From Rebecca billardiae RCC1528 (lineage: Eukaryota > Protista > Haptophyta), in assembly GCA_965240325.2 (NCBI GenBank), contig OZ251233.1:2289177-2353176 (forward strand): DNA of 64,000 bases. Reading direction: 5' to 3'. The translations under genes were made by a program, and so were the position numbers. Of this stretch, positions 1 through 10,954 are shown in pieces. A model generated the notes under the pieces. It saw only the letters and a program-made list of their open reading frames with translations, was not told the DNA's origin and searched no databases. Within the stretch, counting starts at the first letter, position 1; each line of letters opens with the position of its first letter.

Positions 1-100
1 GCGCCGGCTGCCCCGCGGCGCGCTGCGTGCCGCCGCCGCTCAGCCTCGGGGCGTGCGCGCGCGCCGATGACGCTCGCGCCGCGCCGCCGCGCTCGCGCAG

Positions 101-986
101 GCGCGCGCAGCAGCGCATGATGCCTCGCGGCGGCGTGAAGGTGCCGTACAAGGTGCCCAACTCCGAGTTCTACCAGTGGGTCGGCGTGTACGAGCGCATG
201 GCGCGCGAGCGCATCCTCTTCCTGCGCTCCGGCCTCGACGACAACGTGGTGAACGGGATGATCGCGACGCTGCTCTACCTGGAGAACGAGGACCGCTCGT
301 CGCCCGTGCAGCTGTACGTCAACGTGCCCGGCTCGCTCACCAAGGCGGGCCTCGCCCTCTTCGACACGATGCGCTCGATCGCGTTCCCGATCGCGACGCT
401 CAACCTGGGGATGGCTGCCGACATGGGCGCGTTCGTCGTCGCGGCGGGGGACAAGGGGAAGCGCTCGTCGCTGCCGAACGCGCGGTTCGTGCTGTGCGCC
501 CCCGCGATCCGCGGCGTGCCCGGCGAGCAGCCGCCCATCATGCAGGCCGAGGACATCGGCCGCGAGGTCGGCGAGGTGCTGCGCGACCGACGCAGGCTGG
601 CGGGCGCGCTCGCCGAGCTGACGGGCCAGACGGAGGACGCGGTGCTCAAGGTGCTCAAGCGCGACGCGTACTTCGACGCGAAGGAGGCGAAGGCGTTTGG
701 GCTCATCGACAACATCGTCGCGCCGAAGACGGGCGCCAAGACGGCGGCCAGCGACGACGACGTGCGCGCGCGCGCGCGCGCCCTCTCGCGCGCGCGGCGG
801 CGCGCGCCCAGCCTGCCCTGCGCACACGCCACACGCTCACTCGGGACACGCGCGCCGCGCCCCGCCGCGCAGTTTGGCTTCGGCAACTTCGGCGCGAACC
901 CGCCCGACGCCGCGGCGATGGGCGCGGGCGGCGCGCGCGCGGGAGACGGCGGCGGCGACTCGGACTACACGCCGCAGCTCGCGTAG
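101..986 (+). CDS. Clp protease core subunit, probably non-catalytic (ClpR-like); 5' exon(s) lie outside the window
   Basis: ClpP-family motifs ERILFL...LLYLENED...LYVNVPG...GLALFDTM...GMAADMGAFVVAAGDKGKR...PNARF...EAKAFGLID. An acceptor CAG ends at 100. Predicted intron 762-872 (GTGCGC...CAG). The catalytic Ser (GxAASM) reads D and the His motif (MIHQP) reads VLCAP. Confidence 0.85.
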
Positions 987-1503
987 GCGCGCGCCCTGCG
1001 ACGTGCTGCGCTGCGCGCGCGGGCGGGCAACACCGCTCACGCGACGGCGACGGGCACGGGCTCGCGTCGCGCTGCCTGCGGGCTGCTCCGGCGCGGGATC
1101 CCCGCCTGCGCGCGCTCTGGCTCCTGCGGTGCGGCACTCGCCACGTGCGGGATCTTGAGCCCGGCTGCGCCGCTGTGGTTGAGCTGCCGCACTGTCGGCC
1201 GCCACAGGTGACCGTGGCATCTGGCATCGCGGGCCGCCGCCCGCTCGGCTTCGGTTGTCAGTGCTGACGAGTCTGAAGTCGCGCACCTCTCCGTCTCCGT
1301 CCGAGGCGCCTCCGAGGTGGTGGCGGCACCGCTCCGCGGTCTACCAGTACGACTCATGTAATAGTGATGTATGGCGATCGATGATTGTCGGCGCCCGGTC
1401 GGCGCCGTTGCGCAAATCGATCGGCGGTACAACTACAAGTACAGTTTACTACTGTAAGAATAAGAGACGCACACAGCTCAGGCAGGCGAGTACAGTAAGC
1501 ACG

Positions 1504-2997
1504 ATGGCGGCGTGCGCCCCCGGCGCGCTCGCGCCGCGGCGCGTCGCGGTACTACTCGTCGCGCTCGCGTGCGTGATGCTGCTGATCGGCTATCCCATGG
1601 AGCGCTCGCTGCTCGCACCGCAGCGGGCGGCCTCCGCGGACAGTGCGCCCAGCACCGACCAGCCCACGCGCGCGGTGGCGCCTGCAGCGCGCGCCTTGCC
1701 GCGGCCGGCCTCGGCGCCTGCGGCCCCGAACCGAACCGCCCCGACGCGCGTCGCGTCGTCGGCTGACGCTCGCCGCGCGCGCGATCTCGAGATCGCGCGC
1801 CTCGCGCGGCCGGGCGAGTCGTGCAGCTGCGGCGCGAGTGTGCGCAACTGGGAGCGGTGCGTGCAGCGGCTCGGGCAGCGGCCGGGGCAGCGGCCGGAGG
1901 AGCTGCGCTTCGTGCAGATCGGCGCGCACACGGGCGCGGGCGACCGCAACGACCCGTCGCGCAGCGTGCGCCTCTCCGAGTGGAGCGGCCTGCTGGTGGA
2001 GGCGGACCCAGCCACCTTCCCCGCGCTCGTGGCCAACATGTGCGCGCCCGGGCAGCGGCACACGTGCGTGAACCGCGCGGTGTGCGCGGCGGACGAGGCG
2101 GCGAGGACGCCGACGCTGGACTTCTACGGGCTCTCGGCCGACATCTCGCGCGAGACGGGCGTGGACGCGCGCACCAACCTCAGCTTCCCGCGCTGGGCGG
2201 CGCAGGTCGCCTCGCTCGACCGCGCGCGCGTGCTCCGGTTCGAGCCGCTGCTGCGCGAGGAGCTCAAGGCGCGCAACGCGGGCGCTGCCGCGGCCAGTGC
2301 GCTCGACGCGTTCGAGCTGGAGGCGTACGTGGTGCGGCACGAGGTGCGGTGCCAGTCGCTCGAGGCGCTGCTCGCCCCGGCCCCCGGCGCCGCCCCCGCC
2401 CCGGACGTGCGCGGCGGCGGCGCGTCCGCCCTCCCGGCCTTCCGCGCCGCGCAGCTGCTGGTGGTGGACACGGAGGGGCACGACGGCCGCATCCTGCGCT
2501 CGCTGCCGCTCCGGAGGGGCGGCTTCCGCCCGCGCTTCATCACGTTCGAGCAGACGCACCTCGACCGCGGCGAGCGCGCGCGCACGGCGGCGCACCTGCG
2601 CGACGCCGGCTACGTCTTCCAGCTGGTGCTGCCCGAGGTGAACGAGCAGCTGCTCGGGCCGGGCACGCCCGCGGCCGTGGTTTCGCGCAGCCGCTTCCAC
2701 GCGCTGATGGGCCACACCTGGCGCCGCTTCAGCTGGCTGCAGCGCGAGGGCAGGCCGGAGCTCGAGTGCATCCCGCTGCTCGCCAACGCGGAGAACGTCT
2801 TCGCCGCGCGGCCGGCCGAGCCGGGCGAGCCGCGCGTCGAGGCCGAGGGCAGCGCGTGCGCGACCGAGTGCCCCGACCACACGCTCGACGAGCTGCGCGC
2901 GCTCGCGGCCGAGGTGCTGGCGGACGCGGCCGCGCGCGCCGCGCACAAGCAGGCGGCAGCGGCTCCGACGCCGCGGCGCGGGCGCCGCCGGCAATAA
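1504..2997 (+). CDS. Membrane-anchored FkbM-family (Methyltransf_21-like) SAM-dependent methyltransferase
   Basis: N-terminal TM anchor (VAVLLVALACVMLLIGY), FVQIGAHTG motif I, GLLVEADP, LLVVDTEGHDGRIL and PRFITFEQTHL. ATG at 1504. Confidence 0.75.
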   Translation: MAACAPGALAPRRVAVLLVALACVMLLIGYPMERSLLAPQRAASADSAPSTDQPTRAVAPAARALPRPASAPAAPNRTAPTRVASSADARRARDLEIARLARPGESCSCGASVRNWERCVQRLGQRPGQRPEELRFVQIGAHTGAGDRNDPSRSVRLSEWSGLLVEADPATFPALVANMCAPGQRHTCVNRAVCAADEAARTPTLDFYGLSADISRETGVDARTNLSFPRWAAQVASLDRARVLRFEPLLREELKARNAGAAAASALDAFELEAYVVRHEVRCQSLEALLAPAPGAAPAPDVRGGGASALPAFRAAQLLVVDTEGHDGRILRSLPLRRGGFRPRFITFEQTHLDRGERARTAAHLRDAGYVFQLVLPEVNEQLLGPGTPAAVVSRSRFHALMGHTWRRFSWLQREGRPELECIPLLANAENVFAARPAEPGEPRVEAEGSACATECPDHTLDELRALAAEVLADAAARAAHKQAAAAPTPRRGRRRQ

Positions 2998-3329
2998 CTG
3001 CTCGCACCGGCGGAACACCTCGTAGTCCCAATAGATTCTGACTCTACTATTTTTTCGACGATATGTGATTACGTACCCGTCCCGCCCGTGCTAAAACTGC
3101 GCTGAGACGTACGACTGACTGACTGTCAGCACTGTCTCACTCACAGACTGAGTCACAGTCACACTGTCGCGACGCGCTGCCGCGTAGTCGTCGCGACCCG
3201 CCCCGACCCGCGACCATGCAGCAGCGTTCGGCCGGCGGCGGGCATCATCGAGCGCCTCGGCGCGCTGGTCAGCATCAGCCCCCGAGGCGCGCCGGGCTCG
3301 CCGGGCGCTCCACGCGCGGCCGCCCGCGC

Positions 3330-4349
3330 TCAGCCCCGCAGCGGGCGGCCGAGCGGCGCGAGCACGAGCGCGTCGATGGCGGCCGCCCAGCCGTCGGCCG
3401 CGTTGGACGGCGCGACCAGCTGCGCGCTGCGCTTCGCGGCGGCGACGCCGTTGTCCATGGCGACGGAGTGGCCGCAGAGCTGGAGGAGCTGCACGTCGTT
3501 CTCGCCGTCGCCGATCGCCAGCGCCTCCTCGGGCGCCACGCCCCAGCGCTCGAGCAGCTCCCCCGCCGCCCTCCCCTTGTGCACGCCGCGCGGACACACT
3601 TCCACGCACCAGCGGAGCGCCTGCGTCACGTCCGCGCGCGTGCCGACGAGCAGCTCGAGCTCGGCGCGGAGGCTGCCGCCGGCGGCCTCCTCGTCGGAGG
3701 TGAGGAAGAGCACCTTGTGCACCGCCCCCTGCACCGCGCCGCGCGCCGCCAGCCGCGCCACGCCCCGCAGCGGCGAGTCGCCGACCGCGGCCAGCTTGTG
3801 CGCGAGCGCGCACTTGGGGCGGTCCACGAGCGCCTCGTCGCCGACGTACGCCACGGCGGTGGCGCGGGAGCGGCGCGCCTCGGCGAAGTCGAGCACGTCG
3901 GCCACCACGTCGGCCGGCACCGTGCTCGACTGCGGCGCCGCGCCCTCGTCGAACACGGCGCCGCCGTTGAGGTAGATGCCGGGGACGCCGCCGTTCAGCG
4001 CGCGCTCGGTGAGCACGTGCTGCGTCCACGCGCCGGCGCGCGCGCGGCCGGTGGCGGGGACGACGCGCACGCCGAGCTCGGAGAGCCGGCGCAGCGCCTC
4101 CGTCGAGCGCGCGGAGAGCCGGTGGTCCGGGCCGAGCAGCGTGCCGTCGCAGTCGGTGAAGATCACGCGCGGCGGCCCCACCTCCCGCAGCGCGCGCGCC
4201 CACGCGGCCGGGTCGGGCAGCGCGAGCTGCGCGGCCGAGGGCGGCGAGGCGGAGGCGCTGATGCACGCGTGGCGCGGCGCGGCGCGGCTTGCGACGCGCG
4301 GGAGGCTCGGCCTGCCGGCGAGTGCTGACGCCACGGCCACGAGCTGCAT
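3330..4349 (-). CDS. Cof-like HAD-superfamily hydrolase (subfamily IIB) with N-terminal signal/transit peptide
   Basis: Motif I IFTDCDGTLL, motif II ATGR, motif III HKG and motif IV AIGDGENDVQLL...VAMDNG. Leader MQLVAVASALAG. Confidence 0.88.
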   Translation of the reverse strand: MQLVAVASALAGRPSLPRVASRAAPRHACISASASPPSAAQLALPDPAAWARALREVGPPRVIFTDCDGTLLGPDHRLSARSTEALRRLSELGVRVVPATGRARAGAWTQHVLTERALNGGVPGIYLNGGAVFDEGAAPQSSTVPADVVADVLDFAEARRSRATAVAYVGDEALVDRPKCALAHKLAAVGDSPLRGVARLAARGAVQGAVHKVLFLTSDEEAAGGSLRAELELLVGTRADVTQALRWCVEVCPRGVHKGRAAGELLERWGVAPEEALAIGDGENDVQLLQLCGHSVAMDNGVAAAKRSAQLVAPSNAADGWAAAIDALVLAPLGRPLRG

Positions 4350-4482
4350 CACGCTGCGCATCTCGAGGCCCGCCGTGCGGCCGGTGGGAGTCGCGTCCGG
4401 CCGCGGAATCTTTCTCTCCGTGCGGGTGCGGCCGGACCGCCTTCGCGTGCTCTTGTCGATTTTGATGGGCGGGGCGCCAAGC

Positions 4483-6414
4483 ATGGCGGCGCTGCGCCGC
4501 GCGCTGTGGCTGCTGCTGCTGCTCCCGGTGGCGGCGCGCGGTGCCGCGGCCGACGCGCCGCCGCCGCCGGTCTGGCTGGACCACGACGACGAGGTGGTGC
4601 CCGGCGGGCCCGTCGTTGACGCGTGCAACGCCGCCGTCGGCGTGCTGCGCGAGTCCGCCGAGCCGCCGCCGCCGGTCGTGGAGCGCGTGGACTTCCGCGG
4701 CGCGGCGCGCGCCGAGGGCGAGCGCGTGGTGTTCGCGTACTTCGTGCTGGTCTCGCGCGCGTTCGCGGACCTGAGCGTCTCGCGCCTCCTCTACGCCGCG
4801 TGGGCGCCGCGCCACCTCTGGCTCGTGCACGCCGACCTGAAGACGCCCGAGGCGGCGGTCACGCGGCTGAGCGAGGCCGTGCGCCCGTACGGCAACGTGC
4901 ACCTGATGCGCACGCGGCGGCGCGTGTCGTGGGGCGGGTTCTCGATGGTCGAGGCGCTCTTCGACGCGCTCGCCACCGCGGTGCACGGCGTCTCCGGCCC
5001 GGACTGGTCCGGCTTCGACTACTTCATCAACCTGTCGGACACGGACCTGCTGCTGCGCGTGGACGCGGAGCTCGACGCCTTCTTCGGCGCGCACGCGGCG
5101 CGGGGCGCGTCCTTCGTGGGGGTGAAGACGCGCGCGTCGGACCCGATGCGCTGGGACCTGCACGAGGAGCTGCGCAAGCTCACCTTCGTCGAGTGCGCCG
5201 GCGTGGGCTACGCGGTCGTGAACGGCAGCGCGGAGCGCCTCTTTCCCAACCACCGGCGCTGCTGCTACGGCCGCTCCGGGCCCATTCTGTTCGGCCCGCT
5301 CGACTTTGCGCTGCCGCGGCACGACGAGAGCGTGGCGGTGTACCACGGCTCGCAGTGGGTGGCGCTGCACGCCTCGCTCGCCGCCGCGCTGCTCACCGAC
5401 CCCGCCGCGCGCCTCGCCGTGCGCGGCTTCCGCCACACCTTCCTCTCGGACGAGGCGGTCGTGCAGACGGCCGTCATGGCGGCGCCGCAGCTCAGGCGGC
5501 GCGTGGTGAACCACAACCTGCGGCACATCGACTGGCCGCACGGGTACGGCAACCCGGAGCAGTACTGGCGGCAGGCGGGCGAGGCGCACGACGGCGGGCC
5601 CGTCATGCTCACCTTCGCCCACGCCGCCGAGCTGTTCGGCTCGGAGGCGCTGTCCGCGCGCAAGGCGGACCCGTCGGTGGACGGTGGGCGGCTGTACTCG
5701 CTGTGGGACGGCTGGATGCGCGCCAAGAAGGAGGCGCGCGGCGCGGTGCAGGGGTACGAGCTCAGGCCGTTCGTGGTGGACGCGGCGAGCGGGCAGCCCA
5801 CCGCCGAGCGCGCGCCGCCCGTGCGCGTCTCGCAGCGCCCGCTCGGCGCGTCGCTGCTCGAGCGCGCGCGCGGAGGCCCGCTGGAGGACGCGCTGCCGCT
5901 GCCGCACGCGCCCGTGGACGCGGCCGCGCTCGGCGCGGCGGGGCTGACCGAGGCGGAGGTGCGCGCCGCGCTCGGCGCGCGCGAGGCGTTCTTGCAGACG
6001 CACGTGCCGCACTACGGCCACGGCGACAACGTGACGCAGTACTACCTCGACTTCTTCGCCGAGGTGCAGCGGAGAGAGGCGGAGGCGCGCACGGCGCACC
6101 AGCTCGCGATGGGCGTGGCGCCGCCGCACACGCGCGCCGCCGACGGCGCGCAGCTCGGCCCGCCGGAGAGGCTGGCGCTCGGCGCCGAGCCGGGCGGCGG
6201 CGTCGCGCGCGGCCGGCACGCCGCGGCGCCGCTCGCCTCCGCCGTGTTCGCCGACGGCTCCGCGTGCGAGTGCGACTCGAAGCGCTGCCGCGCGCGCCGC
6301 ACGTGCTGCGCACACGTGCACGGCCGCGCGGGCGAGCGCCTCTGCCGCGCCGAGGGCGAGCTCGGCGACGGCGCCGCCAAGCACGCGCACCCGGCGGACG
6401 CGGCGGACGGCTGA
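4483..6414 (+). CDS. GT14 (core-2/I-branching / xylosyltransferase-like) glycosyltransferase with C-terminal somatomedin-B-like Cys module
   Basis: Signal peptide, then LVHADLK, VSWGGFSMVEA, FDYFINLSDTD, YHGSQWVAL, LSDEAVVQT, NLRHIDW and SARK motifs. C-terminal CECDSKRC...CC...C. Confidence 0.85.
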   Translation: MAALRRALWLLLLLPVAARGAAADAPPPPVWLDHDDEVVPGGPVVDACNAAVGVLRESAEPPPPVVERVDFRGAARAEGERVVFAYFVLVSRAFADLSVSRLLYAAWAPRHLWLVHADLKTPEAAVTRLSEAVRPYGNVHLMRTRRRVSWGGFSMVEALFDALATAVHGVSGPDWSGFDYFINLSDTDLLLRVDAELDAFFGAHAARGASFVGVKTRASDPMRWDLHEELRKLTFVECAGVGYAVVNGSAERLFPNHRRCCYGRSGPILFGPLDFALPRHDESVAVYHGSQWVALHASLAAALLTDPAARLAVRGFRHTFLSDEAVVQTAVMAAPQLRRRVVNHNLRHIDWPHGYGNPEQYWRQAGEAHDGGPVMLTFAHAAELFGSEALSARKADPSVDGGRLYSLWDGWMRAKKEARGAVQGYELRPFVVDAASGQPTAERAPPVRVSQRPLGASLLERARGGPLEDALPLPHAPVDAAALGAAGLTEAEVRAALGAREAFLQTHVPHYGHGDNVTQYYLDFFAEVQRREAEARTAHQLAMGVAPPHTRAADGAQLGPPERLALGAEPGGGVARGRHAAAPLASAVFADGSACECDSKRCRARRTCCAHVHGRAGERLCRAEGELGDGAAKHAHPADAADG

Positions 6415-6939
6415 CGCGCCCGCGCGCGATGCTGCTCGCAGACGCGCGCGGCGGCGACCTATACGACGCGACCTATCATCGCGTCGAGGCGTCGCGCGTG
6501 TTGGTGGCGTGCGCCGCGCGCGCATCGCATTCGCGGATGATATGCATATCACTGCTTCATCATCATCGATCAGTGCGCATTCGATGTCGTCGTCGCGGCG
6601 GATCGTCAGACTCACAGTGAGTGACTCAGACGATATGATGACGACCACTGTGATTGAGACTGATGCTGCGCTGTCGTCGTAGTCTGATATGCGCGCTGCT
6701 GCCGCGATGATGATCGCGGACTACTCAGTATTACTAGCACATATCACATTGTCACATACATACTACGACTATACGCGCGACAATGATGTCGTGCTGCTGC
6801 TGCTGACTGCTCCGTCACACTACCGTATGCGACGCGCGCGCGAGTCAGTTTGTCAGGCATCTCATATGACTGATGAATCTGATGATGCTCATCACGCACA
6901 CCGCGCGTGGCCGTGGGCCGTGCTGACCGGCGGCACCGC

Positions 6940-7779
6940 CTATCGGCTGGCCGAGGGCGGGGCGGCGGCCGTGGGAGCGGCACCCGCCGGCTGCTGCTGC
7001 GACAGCGGCGGCGGCAGCCCCGCGCCCGCCGCCGCCCCGGCCGCCTCGGCCGCGAGGAGCGGCTCCCGCGCGGCCGCAGCCCACGGCCTCCGCCCCCAGC
7101 GGCGGGCAGCGACGGGCTGCGCCGCCCGCTGCGCGCACTGCGGCGCGCACAGCGGCGCGAGCAGGGCGATGCTGCCCAGCGCGAGCGCGGCCGAGAGGCC
7201 GAACGGCACGGCGTAGCCGCACGCGTCGACGAGCAGCCCGCCGGCGAGCGCGGAGCCCGACCAGCCGAACGAGGTCACCGACTCGAACGCCTGCCAGCGC
7301 GCGCGCTCCCGCCGGTGCGTCGCGTCCATCAGCAGCGCGCGCGTGAGCGGGCGCGAGGAGTAGAGCGCGCACGCACGGCACACGTACACGCCGAGGGCGA
7401 GCCACCAGCACGCGCCCTGCCGGGGGAAGCGGCCCGCGCCGCCGGGCGGGGGCGGCCGCGCGGCGAGCACGACGATCGCGCAGAGGCAGCCGAGCGCGAG
7501 CAGCCGCGCCAGCACCGCCGTGCGCACCAGCCCCCAGCGGTGCGAGAGCGCGCCCGCGCACGCGTTCGCGCCGGCGGTGAGCAGCGGCGTGGCCGCCCAC
7601 AGCGCGTTCACCTCGAGCGCGCCCATGCGCAGCTCGTCGGCGAAGAAGGTGACGAAGTAGCGCGCGGACAGCCCGTTCGACACGCCCGAGACCACGTCGG
7701 CCGCGACGATGAGCGTCGCCAGCGTCGAGCAGCCCCGGGCCTGCATGGGCGTGCTGCGGCGCCGGCCGAGGCCGCCGCC

Positions 7780-7810
<31 letters not shown>

Positions 7811-9114
7811 CCGCCGCCGCGCCGCCTCGCGCGCCGCCGCGACCACCACGCGCCGAGCCGCGCGCGCCAGCGCCCCGCGGCGCGCGCACGGCGGGTCGGG
7901 CTGTCCGCCACGACGCTGAGCAGCGGCACGTCCCGCGCCGGGCGCCCCGGCTCGGCCGGCCGCGAGGCAGCGCACCGCTCGGCCGCGGCAACGCTCGCGC
8001 CGCCCGCGCTGAGCGTCCGGCGGCGAGCGGCCTCCGCCTCCGCCTCGTCGGTGGGCGGGCGGGCGTCCGCCTCGTCCCCGCGCTCCTCCGCCCCCGCGCG
8101 CCCCTCCCCATCCTCCTCGCCCTCGCCCTCGCCCTCCTCCTCCTCCTCCTCCTCGCCGCCAATCGCGTCGGGCCCCTCCGCGCCCACCGCGTCCGCCTCG
8201 GCCGCGGCGTCTGCCGAGCGCGAGGCGACGGCGCGCCGCCACGGGTGCGGCGCGCCCGCCGACGAGCTGCGCGAGCGGGACGAGGGCAAGGGCGGCGGCG
8301 AGCCGGCGCCGCCCACGCCCCCCGCGCTGCTGCCCCCGCTGCCGCCGCCCTCCGGCAGCGCGACCGACAGCGGCCCCGGCGCGGGCGAGGCCGGCGCGGA
8401 CGCTCCGGAGCCGCGCGGCGGCGGCGTGGGCGGCGGCGTGGGCTGCGCGCTGCCGCGCGCCGAGCGCACGCCCGTGCTCGGCGGCGCGGTGTCGGGCACG
8501 TCCGCCAGCGTGAGCAGCAGCAGCACGGGCGCCAGCTGCGCGATCGCGCCGACGAAGATGATCTCCTCGCTCGTGTGCCGGTCCCACGCGCCGCCGGGCG
8601 CGGGCGCGCGGCCGTGCGCGGGCGCGCGCAGCGCGTACGCGCCGACCGAGAGGGCGGGGCCGACGGCCGTGGCGAGCTGGAGGGCCATCTGGCGCGCGAC
8701 GTAGATCTGCGAGCGGCTGTGCGAGCCCGCCGTCGAGTCGGCGAGCAGCGCGCCCAGCGCGGGCGTGTGCAGCCCGGAGAAGCAGCCCCAGAGCGCCATC
8801 GCGCCCGCCAGCCAGTCCACGCGCTCCGCGCGCGTCGCGGCGAGCGTCGCGGCGACGGCGGCGACCCCTACCGCCGCGGCGAGGCGGAGCACGGCGGCGC
8901 GCCCGACGCGGTCCGCCATGTACCCGGCGGGCCACGCCACCAGCACCGTCGCGAAGCCCTGCGCGCCCTGCACGTACCCGATCGGCGCCTTCCGCTGCGC
9001 GCACAGGTCTGCGATGTACTTGGGCAGGACGGTGGACTGCCACAGCCCGCGGCAGCTGTACAGCCCGAAGGTGAACGCGAGGGAGAGGCGCACGTTGCGG
9101 TGGAAGCGCGCCAT
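6940..9114 (-). CDS. Major facilitator superfamily transporter with long acidic, low-complexity central loop
   Basis: MFS motif A GYMADRVGR. Two bundles of hydrophobic helices separated by an E/G/P-rich loop. ATG at 9114. Confidence 0.8.
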
Positions 9115-9376
9115 CCCGCGGAGCACGCCGCCCGAGCGCTCACCCTCGCTCCGCGCGCATCCCCCGGGCGCGAGCTTTTGCACCCCGCACGGCGCGCTGA
9201 TGCGGTGCGCTTTTTCGCGACGAGATTGATGAGACGCACGATGGCGGGGGCCGCCATCTTTTTCTGTATCCGGTGGAGCTTCGCGGAAGCCGTTGCAAAA
9301 AAGCCCAGCTGGCCAGCAGCAGGGCGGACACGGCGAGGTCGCCGAGCGCGCGCGCCAGCCCGCCAAGCCCGCCAGC

Positions 9377-10129
9377 ATGGACTTCACGGCGCAGGAGCCC
9401 GTGAAGGTGTATGAGAACACCTATCAGATGGGTCCACGAGAGGACCAGAAGTGAGTGCGCCGCTGCACCGCGTGCCCGCGCGGCGCGCGCGTGGGGCGAC
9501 GCGAGGGCCGGTCGGACAGAGCTGCGCTCGCGTGGCTGGCGCTGGGCGAGGCGGCGGGCGTGCACGCGTGCAGAGCCACGCGCGCACAGCTGTCCCCGGG
9601 CTCACGCCGTCGCCCACGCCCCGGCCGGCTCCGCTCCGCAGGGTGAGCATACCGCGCGTGGAGGAAGTGATCAAGCGCGTGCTCAACGAGAAGATGGAGA
9701 TGACGCTGGAGAAGGACCCGGCGAAGCGCGACAAGCACCTGTGGATCTACGATCACGAGGAGGTGGGCGACATGGCACGCGAGGCCTGCGAGGCCATCCA
9801 GCAGGGGGTGAAGGGTGCGCGCGCGCGGCGGCGCGCCCGCAGCGGCGCGGCCGGTCGGAGTGTGCGGCGGGCTCGAGCGCGCGTGGCCGTGGCGGCGCGG
9901 CTGACGCGCCGCCTCCGCCTCGCGCCGCGCCGCGCCGCGCCGCGCAGAGCTGGGGTACGGGAAGTACAAGCTGATCGTGCAGGTGCAGATGGGCGAGAAC
10001 AACGGGCAGGCGCTGCGCACAGCGTCGAGGTGCCTGTGGGCGCCCGAGTCGGACGTGAGCGTGTCCGGCTCGTTTGTGAAGGGGCGCATGTTTGCGGTCG
10101 CGACCGTCTTCTGCCTCTACCACGAGTGA
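9377..10129 (+). CDS. Tctex-1 family dynein light chain (TCTEX1D2-like); exons 9377-9450, 9642-9814, 9948-10129
   Basis: Not in the ORF track as one frame. Splicing GT-AG introns 9451-9641 and 9815-9947 gives YENTYQMGP...YKLIVQVQMGENNGQALRTASRCLW...D...FAVATVFCLYHE*. Confidence 0.9.
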
Positions 10130-10954
10130 GCGGCGCGGCGAGGCGCGCCGGCGCCAGCGCCCCGGCGATGGTCGCCGCCGCGGGCGCAGGCATCGCCATG
10201 GCATCAGTCGGCGCGCCGCTCATCAACGCGCGGTAAACGATCGTCAGGCACACCGTGCTCAACAGCTCTGAACTCAGCCGGGGGCCGGCCGGCGCGGCAG
10301 CGCGCGGCACCGGTGCGGCCGACGCTGGCTTGTGACTGTGAGTGCTTGGCGGCGGCGGTGCCGCGCAATATCACTATATCGCATCATGACTACTACATAT
10401 CTGAGGGCTCTGAGGCGGCGATGAGCCCCTCGGGCCGAAGGGCCCGAAGGCGGCCGCTGACGTACTGACTCAGATGAGAGTCAGAGTCAGACTGACGACG
10501 GTGTCACAGTGTCAGTGACCGTACCGCTACTGATAGTGATAAGTGATAGTGATACGATGACTGATGAGTGAGAGTGACGCGTCAGTCAGCAGCGGTGCTG
10601 CCACCGGTCGATTCCTGTGACCGGCGCCCGGTGGCCGGTCGGTCCCGGCCGCGGGCGCGCCGCGCCCGAGGCCCAGCGGAATAACCGGCGATCTCCGAAT
10701 CAATCATCTGTCGTCGACGATGCGAAGCTGCCCGGAGCCAAGTTCGGCCCTGCTGATTGAGAGTTAGACCGCACTCGTCACCGCTGTGAATAGTGCACAG
10801 CAACGACTTCTTTTTTAAAGCGGCCGTTAGCGTGTCCAGCGGCCAGATTAATTTTCGAAAAATTACTATGCGCTGCGCGCGCGCCCCTAGGGGGCGGCGC
10901 GCGCGCGCGGCTGGTCCCCCCTGCATGCCCGCACCGTCAGCTGCCTGATTGCCG

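Noticed and set aside
1440-1490. 47-bp repeat as a retroposed spliced leader
   Set aside because: Two of four copies are antisense to the adjacent gene, distances vary, and no donor GT/Sm-site context is conserved.
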